From Escherichia coli (GTDB lineage Bacteria; Pseudomonadota; Gammaproteobacteria; Enterobacterales; Enterobacteriaceae): a stretch of DNA of 64,000 bases. Location of the stretch: assembly GCF_050920415.1 (NCBI RefSeq), contig NZ_CP169309.1; one strand, written 5' to 3'. Both the position numbers and the translations under genes were made by a program. Below are positions 42,105-57,084 of the stretch, piece after piece (the first letter of the stretch is position 1; each line of letters opens with the position of its first letter). Below the pieces are notes generated by a model. It made no database searches and was not told the DNA's origin. It saw nothing but the letters and a program-made list of their open reading frames with translations.

Positions 42105-42165
42105 TGACCAATAGCGGACATTAAAAATGGCGAAAAACGGCCAATAATCTTGGCGTTGACATAAT

Positions 42166-42918
42166 TACCCGGACAACATTATTAATATGGCTAATCAAGC
42201 AGGATTTCAGACTTTCTGGCTAAGCTCGCAATCCGCTTTTCGGCAGAATGGTACAGCAGTTACCAGTATCGCCATGCGCGCCATGGAAACAGTCTATGTC
42301 AGAGGATTTGATGAATTGTTGTTGCCGCATTTATCGCAAGCGTTACAGCAAAAGACGCAGCAAAAGAAACTGATTGTTCTTCATTTAAATGGAAGCCATG
42401 AACCGGCTTGTAGCGCCTATCCGCAATCCAGCGCCGTGTTTCAACCACAGGACGATCAGGATGCCTGCTATGACAACTCCATTCATTACACAGATAGTTT
42501 GCTAGGTCAGGTTTTTGAATTATTAAAAGATCGCCGAGCCTCGGTCATGTATTTTGCCGACCATGGCCTGGAACGCGACCCGACGAAGAAGAACATTTAT
42601 TTTCATGGAGGCAGGGAGGCCAGCCAGCAGGCATATCATGTTCCGATGTTTATCTGGTATAGCCCCGTTCTTGGGGATGGCGTGGATCGCACAACGGAAA
42701 ACGATATCTTTTCCACTGCTTACAATAATTACCTTATTAATGCGTGGATGGGGGTAACAAAGCCGGAACAGCCGCAAACGCTGGAGGAAGTGATTGCACA
42801 CTATAAAGGAGATTCACGGGTTGTAGATGCAAACCATGATGTTTTCGATTTTGTGATGCTAAGAAAGGAGTTTACTGAGGATAAGCAAGGTAACCCCACC
42901 CCTGAAGGGCAGGGTTGA
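42166..42918 (+). pseudogene. yhbX: yhbX, 3' fragment (sulfatase-family catalytic domain)
   Basis: Frame continuous with the 5' fragment once the IS is removed; the track ORF begins at internal Met 42187; convergent with argG. Confidence 0.85.
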
Positions 42919-42925
42919 TGTCGAA

Positions 42926-44284
<1,359 letters not shown>

Positions 44285-44320
44285 TTAATTAACTGATGAT
44301 GAGCCTGGATTTCCGCTCTC

Positions 44321-44357
44321 ACTGAATTTTTATGCAAAATAAATGAGTTTTCATTTA
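44321..44357. promoter_or_regulatory. Candidate tandem ARG boxes (ArgR operator) upstream of argG
   Basis: actgaatttttatgcaaa and ataaatgagttttcattt resemble the 18-bp ARG box palindrome (TNTGAAT-AT-rich-ATTCANW), 50-90 bp upstream of the argG start. Confidence 0.5.
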
Positions 44358-44494
44358 ATCATCTTTTATCGGTGACAGGAAGAGTTTAGTGTGTTTTTTG
44401 TAAAATAATGCGCTTAAGGAGGAGCAGTAGAGGGCAAAAGTATTCGACAAACGAAAGTGAACTGGATATTCATTCACGCGATTAGCAATAAATG

Positions 44495-44524
44495 TTGACA
44501 AAATGTGGCGTGGATCACTATAAT
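44495..44524 (+). promoter_or_regulatory. Candidate upstream promoter of the metY-nusA-infB operon
   Basis: TTGACA-N18-TATAAT, both hexamers consensus. Confidence 0.5.
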
Positions 44525-44570
44525 GCCTGCAGATTTTACGTCCCGTCTCGGTACACCAAATCCCAGCAGT

Positions 44571-44601
44571 GTTTGCATTTTTTACCCAAAACGAGTAGAA
44601 T
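44571..44601 (+). promoter_or_regulatory. Candidate proximal metY promoter
   Basis: TTGCAT-N17-TAGAAT ending ~15 nt before the tRNA 5' end. Confidence 0.55.
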
Positions 44602-44616
44602 TTGCCACGTTTCAGG

Positions 44617-44693
<77 letters not shown>

Positions 44694-44815
44694 CTTTCCC
44701 TTAGAGTCCTTTTTCAAATATACTGTGAAGACTTCGGCCTTCGTAGTGGGATTTGAAAAAATCCTTCTGGAAAGTGCTCCAGACCGCAGTTGCGGTTATA
44801 GGGTTCAGTTATATA

Positions 44816-44840
44816 AAGCCCCGATTTATCGGGGTTTTTT
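44816..44840 (+). terminator. Rho-independent (partial) terminator between metY and rimP
   Basis: gccccgat-tt-atcggggt followed by TTTTTT. Confidence 0.8.
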
Positions 44841-44899
44841 GTTATCTGACTACAGAATAACTGGGCTTTAGGCCCTTTTTTTATGTCTTGGGGGTGGGC

Positions 44900-45352
44900 T
44901 TGTCCACATTAGAGCAAAAATTAACAGAGATGATTACTGCGCCAGTTGAGGCCCTGGGTTTTGAACTGGTTGGCATCGAGTTTATTCGCGGTCGCACATC
45001 CACACTGCGCATCTATATTGATAGTGAAGATGGCATCAATGTTGATGATTGTGCTGATGTGAGCCACCAGGTAAGTGCTGTGCTGGATGTCGAAGATCCC
45101 ATCACCGTTGCTTATAACCTGGAAGTCTCCTCACCGGGTCTCGATCGCCCACTGTTCACGGCTGAACACTACGCCCGTTTCGTCGGAGAAGAGGTGACTC
45201 TGGTTCTCCGTATGGCGGTACAAAACCGTCGTAAATGGCAGGGCGTTATCAAAGCGGTAGACGGTGAAATGATCACAGTTACCGTCGAAGGTAAAGATGA
45301 AGTGTTCGCGCTGAGTAATATCCAGAAGGCGAACCTGGTTCCCCACTTTTAA
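44900..45352 (+). CDS. rimP: Ribosome maturation factor RimP
   Basis: Start inferred at TTG 44900 ([21 protein letters not shown]...) giving 150 aa; the track ORF starts 12 nt upstream. Confidence 0.85.
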
Positions 45353-45379
45353 TAGTCTGGATGAGGTGAAAAGCCCGCG

Positions 45380-46867
<1,488 letters not shown>

Positions 46868-46891
46868 TAAACTGTAGCAGGAAGGAACAGC

Positions 46892-49564
46892 ATGACAGAT
46901 GTAACGATTAAAACGCTGGCCGCAGAGCGACAGACCTCCGTGGAACGCCTGGTACAGCAATTTGCTGATGCAGGTATCCGGAAGTCTGCTGACGACTCTG
47001 TGTCCGCACAAGAGAAACAGACTTTAATTGACCACCTGAATCAGAAAAATTCAGGCCCGGACAAATTAACGCTGCAACGTAAAACCCGCAGCACCCTTAA
47101 CATTCCTGGTACCGGTGGAAAAAGCAAATCGGTACAAATCGAAGTCCGCAAGAAACGCACCTTTGTGAAACGCGATCCGCAAGAGGCTGAACGCCTTGCT
47201 GCGGAAGAGCAGGCGCAGCGTGAAGCGGAAGAGCAAGCCCGTCGTGAGGCAGAAGAATCGGCCAAACGCGAGGCGCAACAAAAAGCTGAACGTGAGGCCG
47301 CAGAACAAGCTAAGCGTGAAGCCGCTGAACAAGCGAAACGTGAAGCTGCGGAAAAAGACAAAGTGAGCAATCAACAAGACGATATGACTAAAAACGCCCA
47401 GGCTGAAAAAGCCCGCCGTGAGCAGGAAGCTGCAGAGCTCAAGCGTAAAGCTGAAGAAGAAGCGCGTCGTAAACTCGAAGAAGAAGCACGTCGCGTTGCT
47501 GAAGAAGCACGTCGTATGGCGGAAGAAAACAAATGGACTGATAACGCGGAACCGACTGAAGATTCCAGCGATTATCACGTTACTACTTCTCAACATGCTC
47601 GCCAGGCAGAAGACGAAAGCGATCGTGAAGTCGAAGGCGGCCGTGGCCGTGGTCGTAACGCGAAAGCAGCGCGTCCGAAGAAAGGCAACAAACACTCTGA
47701 ATCAAAAGCTGATCGTGAAGAAGCACGCGCAGCAGTACGTGGCGGTAAAGGCGGAAAACGTAAAGGTTCTTCGCTGCAGCAAGGCTTCCAGAAGCCAGCT
47801 CAGGCCGTTAACCGTGACGTTGTGATTGGCGAAACCATCACCGTTGGTGAACTGGCGAACAAGATGGCGGTTAAAGGTTCTCAGGTCATCAAAGCGATGA
47901 TGAAACTGGGCGCAATGGCAACCATCAACCAGGTTATCGATCAGGAAACCGCACAGCTGGTTGCTGAAGAGATGGGCCACAAGGTTATCCTGCGTCGTGA
48001 AAACGAGCTGGAAGAAGCGGTAATGAGCGACCGTGACACAGGTGCTGCGGCTGAACCGCGCGCGCCGGTTGTGACCATCATGGGTCACGTTGACCACGGT
48101 AAAACCTCTTTGCTGGACTACATTCGTTCAACGAAAGTGGCCTCTGGCGAAGCGGGCGGCATTACCCAGCACATTGGTGCATACCACGTTGAAACTGAAA
48201 ACGGCATGATCACCTTCCTGGACACCCCGGGGCACGCCGCGTTTACTTCAATGCGTGCACGTGGTGCGCAGGCAACGGACATCGTAGTCCTGGTTGTTGC
48301 TGCCGACGACGGCGTAATGCCGCAGACCATCGAAGCAATTCAGCACGCGAAAGCGGCAGGCGTGCCGGTTGTGGTTGCAGTGAACAAGATCGACAAACCA
48401 GAAGCCGATCCAGATCGCGTTAAGAACGAACTCTCCCAGTACGGCATCCTGCCGGAAGAGTGGGGCGGTGAAAGCCAGTTCGTACACGTGTCTGCGAAAG
48501 CAGGTACCGGTATCGATGAACTGCTGGACGCTATCCTGTTGCAGGCAGAAGTTCTGGAACTGAAAGCGGTACGTAAAGGTATGGCGAGCGGTGCGGTTAT
48601 CGAATCCTTCCTCGATAAAGGTCGTGGTCCGGTTGCTACCGTTCTGGTACGTGAAGGTACTCTGCACAAGGGCGACATCGTTCTGTGTGGTTTCGAATAC
48701 GGTCGTGTTCGCGCAATGCGTAACGAAATGGGTCAGGAAGTGCTGGAAGCAGGTCCGTCCATTCCAGTTGAAATCCTTGGCTTGTCCGGTGTTCCGGCAG
48801 CGGGTGACGAAGTTACCGTAGTGCGTGACGAGAAGAAAGCACGTGAAGTTGCACTGTATCGTCAGGGCAAATTCCGTGAAGTTAAACTGGCACGTCAGCA
48901 GAAATCGAAACTCGAGAACATGTTCGCTAACATGACCGAAGGCGAAGTTCACGAAGTGAACATCGTTCTGAAGGCAGACGTTCAGGGTTCCGTGGAAGCG
49001 ATCTCCGACTCCTTGCTGAAACTGTCTACTGACGAAGTTAAAGTGAAGATCATCGGTTCTGGCGTAGGTGGTATCACCGAAACCGACGCTACCCTGGCTG
49101 CGGCGTCCAACGCCATCCTGGTTGGTTTCAACGTACGTGCTGATGCCTCTGCACGTAAAGTGATTGAAGCGGAAAGCCTGGATCTGCGTTACTACTCCGT
49201 CATCTATAACCTGATCGACGAAGTGAAAGCGGCGATGAGCGGTATGCTGTCTCCGGAACTGAAACAGCAGATTATCGGTCTGGCGGAAGTTCGTGATGTG
49301 TTCAAATCACCGAAATTTGGTGCCATCGCAGGTTGTATGGTTACTGAAGGTGTGGTTAAACGTCACAATCCGATCCGCGTTCTGCGCGACAACGTGGTTA
49401 TCTACGAAGGCGAGCTGGAGTCCCTGCGCCGCTTCAAAGATGACGTTAACGAAGTCCGTAACGGTATGGAATGTGGTATCGGCGTTAAGAACTACAACGA
49501 CGTCCGCACTGGCGATGTGATCGAAGTATTCGAAATCATCGAGATCCAACGTACCATCGCTTAA
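46892..49564 (+). CDS. infB: Translation initiation factor IF-2
   Basis: 890-aa ORF; Glu/Ala/Arg-rich repetitive N-terminal region and GTPase G-domain (GHVDHGKTS). Confidence 0.97.
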   Translation: MTDVTIKTLAAERQTSVERLVQQFADAGIRKSADDSVSAQEKQTLIDHLNQKNSGPDKLTLQRKTRSTLNIPGTGGKSKSVQIEVRKKRTFVKRDPQEAERLAAEEQAQREAEEQARREAEESAKREAQQKAEREAAEQAKREAAEQAKREAAEKDKVSNQQDDMTKNAQAEKARREQEAAELKRKAEEEARRKLEEEARRVAEEARRMAEENKWTDNAEPTEDSSDYHVTTSQHARQAEDESDREVEGGRGRGRNAKAARPKKGNKHSESKADREEARAAVRGGKGGKRKGSSLQQGFQKPAQAVNRDVVIGETITVGELANKMAVKGSQVIKAMMKLGAMATINQVIDQETAQLVAEEMGHKVILRRENELEEAVMSDRDTGAAAEPRAPVVTIMGHVDHGKTSLLDYIRSTKVASGEAGGITQHIGAYHVETENGMITFLDTPGHAAFTSMRARGAQATDIVVLVVAADDGVMPQTIEAIQHAKAAGVPVVVAVNKIDKPEADPDRVKNELSQYGILPEEWGGESQFVHVSAKAGTGIDELLDAILLQAEVLELKAVRKGMASGAVIESFLDKGRGPVATVLVREGTLHKGDIVLCGFEYGRVRAMRNEMGQEVLEAGPSIPVEILGLSGVPAAGDEVTVVRDEKKAREVALYRQGKFREVKLARQQKSKLENMFANMTEGEVHEVNIVLKADVQGSVEAISDSLLKLSTDEVKVKIIGSGVGGITETDATLAAASNAILVGFNVRADASARKVIEAESLDLRYYSVIYNLIDEVKAAMSGMLSPELKQQIIGLAEVRDVFKSPKFGAIAGCMVTEGVVKRHNPIRVLRDNVVIYEGELESLRRFKDDVNEVRNGMECGIGVKNYNDVRTGDVIEVFEIIEIQRTIA

Positions 49565-49581
49565 GGTTTTTAGGGTTCTAT

Positions 49582-49653
49582 GCGGGATAAGGCGTTTACG
49601 CCGCATCCGGCATGGATTGCCTGATGCGACGCTGGCGCGTCTTATCAGGCTAC
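49582..49653. repeat. Pair of REP (BIME-like) palindromic units in the infB-rbfA spacer
   Basis: gcgggataaggcgtttacgccgcatccggca and gcctgatgcgacgctggcgcgtcttatcaggc match the REP consensus. Confidence 0.7.
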
Positions 49654-49686
49654 GTGAACAGCCCTTCTAACTGAAATTAATTTTAA

Positions 49687-49711
49687 AAAGGGGCTAACAG
49701 CCCCTTTTTTG
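49687..49711 (+). terminator. Terminator-like hairpin immediately upstream of the rbfA ribosome-binding site
   Basis: aaaaaggggct-aac-agcccctttttt. Confidence 0.6.
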
Positions 49712-49726
49712 TCAGGAGAATTTATT

Positions 49727-50128
49727 ATGGCGAAAGAATTTGGTCGCCCGCAGCGCGTAGCGCAGGAAATGCAAAAAGAGATCGCTCTCATCCTGCAACG
49801 CGAAATTAAAGATCCTCGTCTGGGCATGATGACCACCGTTTCCGGTGTCGAAATGTCTCGTGACCTGGCGTATGCAAAAGTATATGTGACGTTCCTTAAC
49901 GACAAAGATGAAGACGCGGTTAAAGCGGGCATCAAAGCGTTGCAGGAAGCTTCTGGTTTCATCCGCAGCCTGCTGGGGAAAGCGATGCGCCTGCGTATCG
50001 TGCCGGAACTGACCTTCTTCTACGACAACTCTCTGGTTGAAGGGATGCGCATGTCAAACCTGGTGACCAGCGTGGTCAAACATGACGAAGAACGTCGTGT
50101 TAACCCGGACGACAGCAAGGAGGACTAA
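49727..50128 (+). CDS. rbfA: Ribosome-binding factor A
   Basis: ATG at 49727 ([23 protein letters not shown]...) gives 133 aa. Confidence 0.95.
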
Positions 50129-51072
50129 TGAGTCGTCCTCGTCGTCGCGGTCGCGACATTAACGGCGTTTTGTTGCTGGATAAACCGCAGGGGATGTCCA
50201 GCAACGATGCGCTGCAAAAAGTGAAACGGATTTATAACGCCAACCGTGCCGGGCATACCGGTGCGCTGGACCCGCTGGCGACCGGCATGCTGCCGATTTG
50301 CCTCGGGGAAGCCACCAAGTTTTCCCAGTATCTGCTGGACTCTGACAAACGCTATCGGGTGATTGCGCGTCTTGGACAGCGTACCGATACTTCTGATGCC
50401 GACGGACAAATCGTTGAAGAACGTCCGGTAACCTTTAGTGCAGAGCAACTGGCGGCGGCACTGGATACTTTCCGTGGTGATATCGAACAGATCCCATCGA
50501 TGTATTCAGCACTGAAATACCAGGGCAAAAAACTGTACGAATATGCGCGTCAGGGAATTGAAGTCCCGCGTGAAGCACGCCCGATTACCGTTTATGAATT
50601 GCTGTTTATTCGCCACGAAGGCAATGAACTGGAGCTGGAAATTCACTGCTCAAAAGGCACCTATATCCGCACTATCATTGACGATCTCGGCGAAAAACTC
50701 GGCTGTGGCGCGCATGTTATTTACCTGCGTCGCCTGGCTGTAAGTAAATATCCGGTTGAACGGATGGTGACTCTGGAACATCTGCGTGAACTGGTTGAGC
50801 AAGCCGAGCAGCAGGATATTCCGGCAGCGAAGTTACTTGATCCATTACTGATGCCAATGGACAGTCCAGCTTCGGACTATCCGGTGGTGAATCTTCCGTT
50901 AACGTCTTCTGTTTACTTCAAAAATGGTAACCCGGTTCGTACATCCGGTGCGCCGCTGGAAGGACTGGTTCGCGTTACAGAAGGTGAGAATGGCAAGTTT
51001 ATCGGTATGGGCGAAATTGACGATGAAGGCCGCGTTGCGCCTCGTCGCCTGGTGGTTGAATACCCGGCGTAA
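50128..51072 (+). CDS. truB: tRNA pseudouridine(55) synthase
   Basis: 314-aa ORF with catalytic motif [12 protein letters not shown]; start overlaps the rbfA stop. Confidence 0.96.
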   Translation: MSRPRRRGRDINGVLLLDKPQGMSSNDALQKVKRIYNANRAGHTGALDPLATGMLPICLGEATKFSQYLLDSDKRYRVIARLGQRTDTSDADGQIVEERPVTFSAEQLAAALDTFRGDIEQIPSMYSALKYQGKKLYEYARQGIEVPREARPITVYELLFIRHEGNELELEIHCSKGTYIRTIIDDLGEKLGCGAHVIYLRRLAVSKYPVERMVTLEHLRELVEQAEQQDIPAAKLLDPLLMPMDSPASDYPVVNLPLTSSVYFKNGNPVRTSGAPLEGLVRVTEGENGKFIGMGEIDDEGRVAPRRLVVEYPA

Positions 51073-51124
51073 TGTTAACCGTCTTGCGATAACAAGTCGC
51101 TACGAGTAGAATACTGCCGCTTAA

Positions 51125-51490
<366 letters not shown>

Positions 51491-51504
51491 TTCTTGCGAG
51501 TTTC

Positions 51505-51534
51505 AGAAAAGGGGCCTGAGTGGCCCCTTTTTTC
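51505..51534 (+). terminator. Rho-independent terminator of rpsO
   Basis: aaaaggggcc-tgagt-ggcccctttttt. Confidence 0.85.
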
Positions 51535-51735
51535 AAACTGACGGCAGCAATTCACTGGAAACTAATGTATTGTTGCTATGAATGATCTTCCGTTGCAGAG
51601 GTTCGCGCGGCTAATGAGAGGCTTTACCCACATTGGGCTGGGTTAGGGTTGTCATTAGTCGCGAGGATGCGCAGAAGATCGGGTATTAACACCAGTGCCG
51701 TAAGGTGCTGTCTAAGAAAGAGAAAGGATATTACA

Positions 51736-53871
51736 TTGCTTAATCCGATCGTTCGTAAATTCCAGTACGGCCAACACACCGTGACTCTGGAAACCGGCAT
51801 GATGGCTCGTCAGGCTACTGCCGCTGTTATGGTTAGCATGGATGACACCGCGGTATTCGTTACCGTTGTTGGTCAGAAAAAAGCCAAACCAGGTCAGGAC
51901 TTCTTCCCGCTGACCGTTAACTATCAGGAGCGTACCTACGCTGCTGGTCGTATCCCGGGTAGCTTCTTCCGTCGTGAAGGCCGCCCAAGCGAAGGTGAAA
52001 CGCTGATCGCGCGTCTGATTGACCGCCCTATTCGCCCGCTGTTCCCGGAAGGCTTCGTCAACGAAGTTCAGGTTATCGCCACCGTGGTTTCTGTTAACCC
52101 GCAGGTTAACCCGGATATCGTTGCGATGATTGGTGCTTCCGCAGCACTTTCTCTGTCTGGTATTCCGTTCAATGGTCCGATTGGTGCTGCCCGCGTAGGT
52201 TACATCAATGACCAGTACGTACTGAACCCGACTCAGGACGAGCTGAAAGAGAGCAAACTGGACCTGGTTGTTGCCGGTACAGAAGCTGCCGTGCTGATGG
52301 TTGAATCTGAAGCTGAACTGCTGAGCGAAGACCAGATGCTGGGCGCAGTGGTGTTCGGTCATGAACAACAGCAGGTTGTTATTCAGAACATCAATGAACT
52401 GGTGAAAGAAGCCGGTAAACCGCGTTGGGATTGGCAGCCGGAGCCGGTAAACGAAGCGCTGAACGCGCGCGTTGCTGCGCTGGCTGAAGCTCGTCTGAGC
52501 GATGCTTATCGCATCACCGACAAACAAGAGCGTTATGCGCAGGTTGATGTCATCAAATCTGAAACCATCGCGACGCTGCTTGCTGAAGACGAAACCCTGG
52601 ACGAAAACGAACTGGGTGAAATTCTGCACGCTATCGAGAAAAATGTTGTTCGTAGCCGCGTACTGGCAGGCGAACCGCGTATCGACGGTCGTGAAAAAGA
52701 TATGATCCGTGGTCTGGATGTGCGTACTGGCGTGCTGCCGCGTACTCACGGTTCTGCGTTGTTCACCCGTGGTGAAACGCAGGCACTGGTTACCGCAACG
52801 CTGGGTACTGCACGTGACGCACAGGTTCTTGATGAACTGATGGGCGAACGTACTGACACCTTCCTGTTCCACTACAACTTCCCTCCGTATTCCGTAGGTG
52901 AAACTGGCATGGTCGGTTCTCCGAAGCGTCGTGAAATTGGTCACGGTCGTCTGGCGAAGCGCGGCGTGCTGGCAGTAATGCCGGATATGGACAAATTCCC
53001 GTACACCGTACGTGTAGTGTCTGAAATTACCGAATCCAACGGTTCTTCTTCTATGGCTTCCGTGTGCGGTGCGTCTCTGGCGCTGATGGACGCAGGTGTG
53101 CCAATCAAAGCTGCTGTTGCGGGTATCGCAATGGGTCTGGTGAAAGAAGGCGACAACTACGTTGTACTGTCTGACATTTTGGGCGACGAAGATCACCTGG
53201 GCGATATGGACTTCAAAGTTGCGGGTTCCCGCGACGGTATCTCTGCACTGCAGATGGATATCAAAATTGAAGGTATCACCAAAGAGATCATGCAGGTTGC
53301 GCTGAATCAAGCTAAAGGTGCGCGTCTGCATATCCTGGGCGTCATGGAGCAGGCGATCAACGCGCCGCGTGGTGATATCTCTGAGTTTGCACCGCGTATC
53401 CATACCATCAAGATCAATCCGGACAAGATCAAAGACGTTATCGGTAAAGGCGGTTCTGTTATCCGTGCCCTGACCGAAGAAACTGGCACCACCATCGAAA
53501 TCGAAGATGACGGTACTGTGAAGATCGCAGCGACCGACGGCGAGAAAGCGAAACACGCTATTCGTCGTATCGAAGAAATCACCGCAGAAATCGAAGTGGG
53601 TCGCGTCTACAATGGTAAAGTGACCCGTATCGTTGACTTTGGCGCGTTTGTTGCCATCGGCGGCGGTAAAGAAGGTCTGGTCCACATCTCTCAAATCGCC
53701 GACAAGCGTGTTGAGAAAGTGACCGACTACCTGCAGATGGGTCAGGAAGTACCGGTGAAAGTTCTGGAAGTCGATCGCCAGGGCCGTATCCGTCTGAGCA
53801 TTAAAGAAGCGACTGAGCAGTCTCAACCTGCTGCAGCACCGGAAGCTCCGGCTGCTGAACAGGGCGAGTAA
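51736..53871 (+). CDS. pnp: Polynucleotide phosphorylase
   Basis: Start inferred at TTG 51736 ([21 protein letters not shown]...) giving 711 aa; two RNase PH domains, KH and S1 domains. Confidence 0.95.
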   Translation: MLNPIVRKFQYGQHTVTLETGMMARQATAAVMVSMDDTAVFVTVVGQKKAKPGQDFFPLTVNYQERTYAAGRIPGSFFRREGRPSEGETLIARLIDRPIRPLFPEGFVNEVQVIATVVSVNPQVNPDIVAMIGASAALSLSGIPFNGPIGAARVGYINDQYVLNPTQDELKESKLDLVVAGTEAAVLMVESEAELLSEDQMLGAVVFGHEQQQVVIQNINELVKEAGKPRWDWQPEPVNEALNARVAALAEARLSDAYRITDKQERYAQVDVIKSETIATLLAEDETLDENELGEILHAIEKNVVRSRVLAGEPRIDGREKDMIRGLDVRTGVLPRTHGSALFTRGETQALVTATLGTARDAQVLDELMGERTDTFLFHYNFPPYSVGETGMVGSPKRREIGHGRLAKRGVLAVMPDMDKFPYTVRVVSEITESNGSSSMASVCGASLALMDAGVPIKAAVAGIAMGLVKEGDNYVVLSDILGDEDHLGDMDFKVAGSRDGISALQMDIKIEGITKEIMQVALNQAKGARLHILGVMEQAINAPRGDISEFAPRIHTIKINPDKIKDVIGKGGSVIRALTEETGTTIEIEDDGTVKIAATDGEKAKHAIRRIEEITAEIEVGRVYNGKVTRIVDFGAFVAIGGGKEGLVHISQIADKRVEKVTDYLQMGQEVPVKVLEVDRQGRIRLSIKEATEQSQPAAAPEAPAAEQGE

Positions 53872-53879
53872 GGTTGCCA

Positions 53880-53907
53880 TTTGCCCTCCGCTGCGGCGGG
53901 GGGCTTT
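53880..53907 (+). terminator. GC-rich imperfect hairpin with T-run downstream of pnp
   Basis: gccctccgctgcggcggggggctttt. Confidence 0.5.
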
Positions 53908-53979
53908 TAACCGGGCAGGACGCCTTGTTAGCAACCGGGAACAGGACGTTCATTCAACCGTGGTCTTCGGGAGTGGGAA

Positions 53980-54864
53980 ATGAAGCCTTTTTTGCGCTGG
54001 TGTTTCGTTGCGACAGCACTTACGCTTGCAGGATGCAGTAATACTTCCTGGCGTAAAAGTGAAGTCCTCGCGGTACCATTGCAACCGACTTTGCAGCAGG
54101 AAGTGATTCTGGCACGTATGGAACAAATCCTTGCCAGTCGGGCTTTAACCGATGACGAACGCGCACAGCTTTTATATGAGCGCGGAGTGTTGTATGATAG
54201 TCTCGGTCTGAGGGCATTAGCGCGTAACGATTTTTCGCAAGCGCTGGCAATCCGACCGGATATGCCTGAAGTATTCAATTACTTAGGCATATATTTAACG
54301 CAGGCAGGCAATTTTGATGCTGCCTATGAAGCGTTTGATTCTGTACTTGAGCTTGATCCAACTTACAACTACGCGCACTTGAATCGCGGGATCGCATTAT
54401 ATTACGGCGGTCGTGACAAGTTAGCGCAAGATGATCTGCTGGCGTTTTATCAAGACGATCCCAATGATCCTTTCCGTAGTCTGTGGCTTTATCTCGCCGA
54501 GCAGAAGCTCGATGAGAAGCAGGCTAAAGAAGTGTTAAAACAGCACTTCGAAAAATCGGATAAGGAGCAGTGGGGATGGAACATTGTCGAGTTCTACCTG
54601 GGCAACATTAGCGAACAAACGTTAATGGAAAGGCTCAAGGCGGACGCAACGGATAACACCTCGCTCGCTGAGCATCTCAGTGAAACCAACTTCTATTTAG
54701 GTAAGTACTACCTAAGTCTGGGGGATTTGGACAGCGCCACGGCACTGTTCAAACTGGCGGTTGCCAACAACGTTCATAACTTTGTTGAGCACCGATACGC
54801 ATTGTTGGAATTATCGCTCCTGGGCCAGGACCAAGATGACCTGGCAGAATCGGACCAGCAATAG
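53980..54864 (+). CDS. nlpI: Outer-membrane TPR lipoprotein NlpI
   Basis: 294-aa ORF with lipobox LAGC and TPR repeats. Confidence 0.96.
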
Positions 54865-54969
54865 CTGACGTACACATCAGCCCGTAATCTTTTTTGATTG
54901 CCATCACCTTAACGGGTGAGGGCGTTGTTGTTCGTTAATACACCTACTTTGAGCCGGTTCACACTTTTC

Positions 54970-55050
54970 AATGAAAATTGCTGATCAATTTCATGATGAG
55001 TTATGTAGACTGGCCGCCATTAATTTTGAGGCACACGTACTACATGGCTG
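54970..55050 (+). CDS. yrbN: Small protein YrbN (26 aa)
   Basis: ATG 54970 to TGA 55050 reads [26 protein letters not shown]; its stop overlaps the deaD start codon. Confidence 0.7.
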
Positions 55051-56933
55051 AATTCGAAACCACTTTTGCAGATCTGGGCCTGAAGGCTCCTATCCTTGAA
55101 GCCCTTAACGATCTGGGTTACGAAAAACCATCTCCAATTCAGGCAGAGTGTATTCCACATCTGCTGAATGGCCGCGACGTTCTGGGTATGGCCCAGACGG
55201 GGAGCGGAAAAACTGCAGCATTCTCTTTACCTCTGCTGCAAAATCTTGATCCTGAGCTGAAAGCACCACAGATTCTGGTGCTGGCACCGACCCGCGAACT
55301 GGCGGTACAGGTTGCTGAGGCAATGACGGATTTCTCTAAACACATGCGCGGCGTAAACGTGGTTGCCCTGTACGGCGGCCAGCGTTATGACGTGCAATTA
55401 CGCGCCCTGCGTCAGGGGCCGCAGATCGTTGTCGGTACTCCTGGCCGTCTGCTGGATCACCTGAAACGTGGCACTCTGGACCTCTCTAAACTGAGCGGTC
55501 TGGTTCTGGATGAAGCTGACGAAATGCTGCGCATGGGCTTCATCGAAGACGTTGAAACCATTATGGCGCAGATCCCGGAAGGTCATCAGACCGCTCTGTT
55601 CTCTGCAACTATGCCGGAAGCGATTCGTCGCATTACCCGCCGCTTTATGAAAGAGCCGCAGGAAGTACGCATTCAGTCCAGCGTGACTACCCGTCCTGAC
55701 ATCAGCCAGAGCTACTGGACTGTGTGGGGGATGCGTAAAAACGAAGCGCTGGTACGTTTCCTGGAAGCGGAAGATTTTGATGCGGCGATTATCTTCGTTC
55801 GTACTAAAAACGCGACTTTGGAAGTGGCAGAAGCTCTTGAGCGTAACGGCTACAACAGCGCTGCACTGAACGGTGACATGAACCAGGCGCTGCGTGAGCA
55901 GACTCTGGAACGCCTGAAAGATGGTCGTCTGGATATCCTGATTGCGACCGACGTTGCGGCCCGTGGCCTGGACGTTGAGCGTATCAGCCTGGTAGTTAAC
56001 TACGATATCCCGATGGATTCTGAGTCTTACGTTCACCGTATTGGTCGTACCGGCCGTGCGGGGCGTGCTGGTCGCGCACTGCTGTTCGTTGAGAACCGCG
56101 AGCGTCGTCTGCTGCGCAACATTGAACGCACTATGAAGCTGACCATTCCGGAAGTAGAACTGCCGAACGCAGAGCTGCTGGGCAAACGCCGTCTGGAAAA
56201 ATTCGCCGCTAAAGTACAGCAGCAGCTGGAAAGCAGCGATCTGGATCAATACCGTGCACTGCTGAGCAAAATTCAGCCGACTGCAGAAGGTGAAGAGCTG
56301 GATCTCGAAACTCTGGCAGCCGCACTGCTGAAAATGGCACAGGGTGAACGTACTCTGATCGTGCCGCCAGATGCGCCGATGCGTCCGAAACGTGAATTCC
56401 GTGACCGTGATGACCGTGGTCCGCGCGATCGTAACGACCGTGGCCCGCGTGGCGGCCGTGAAGATCGTCCGCGTCGTGAACGTCGTGATGTTGGCGATAT
56501 GCAGCTGTACCGTATTGAAGTGGGCCGCGATGATGGTGTTGAAGTTCGTCATATCGTTGGCGCGATTGCTAACGAAGGCGACATCAGCAGCCGTTACATC
56601 GGTAACATCAAGCTGTTTGCTTCTCACTCCACCATCGAACTGCCGAAAGGTATGCCGGGTGAAGTGCTGCAACACTTTACGCGTACTCGCATTCTCAACA
56701 AGCCGATGAACATGCAGCTGCTGGGCGATGCACAGCCGCATACTGGTGGTGAGCGTCGTGGTGGTGGTCGTGGTTTCGGTGGCGAACGTCGTGAAGGCGG
56801 TCGTAACTTCAGCGGTGAGCGCCGTGAAGGTGGTCGTGGTGATGGTCGTCGTTTCAGCGGCGAACGTCGTGAAGGCCGCGCGCCGCGTCGTGATGACTCT
56901 ACTGGTCGTCGTCGTTTCGGTGGTGATGCGTAA
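55044..56933 (+). CDS. deaD: Cold-shock DEAD-box ATP-dependent RNA helicase DeaD (CsdA)
   Basis: ATG at 55044 ([21 protein letters not shown]...) gives 629 aa; Q-motif, Walker [13 protein letters not shown] box, C-terminal Arg/Gly-rich repeats. Confidence 0.96.
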
Positions 56934-56973
56934 TTCGCTGACCCGCAGAACTCTGCCGTAAAGTAAAATATAC

Positions 56974-57005
56974 AGCCCCGATTTTAACAATCGGGGCTTT
57001 TTTTC
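56974..57005 (+). terminator. Rho-independent terminator of deaD
   Basis: agccccgatt-ttaaca-atcggggct followed by TTTTTTT. Confidence 0.85.
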
Positions 57006-57011
57006 TGTCTT

Positions 57012-57035
57012 TTGTACTCGTGTACTGGTACAGTG
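57012..57035. promoter_or_regulatory. Candidate TrpR operator in the mtr promoter
   Basis: tgtactcgtgtactggtacagt contains tandem GTACT half-sites resembling the trp operator, ~55 bp upstream of mtr. Confidence 0.55.
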
Positions 57036-57084
57036 CAATGCATAACAACGCAGTCGCACTATTTTTCACTGGAGAGAAGCCCTC

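Noticed and set aside
51712-53934. Long antisense ORFs opposite highly expressed genes (740 aa opposite pnp; also 34073-35560 opposite ftsH, 45131-47011 opposite nusA/infB, 55398-57059 opposite deaD, 43058-44296 opposite argG, 29108-29899 opposite yhbE/obgE)
   Set aside because: Shadow ORFs: the sense strand encodes well-recognised conserved proteins, and the antisense translations are low-complexity with no recognisable domains or plausible ribosome-binding sites.
56690-56930. Tandem periodic repeats considered as a CRISPR array or satellite
   Set aside because: The repeats are in-frame codons of the DeaD C-terminal Arg/Gly-rich tail; there are no unique spacers or cas genes, and no CRISPR-like arrays anywhere in the window.
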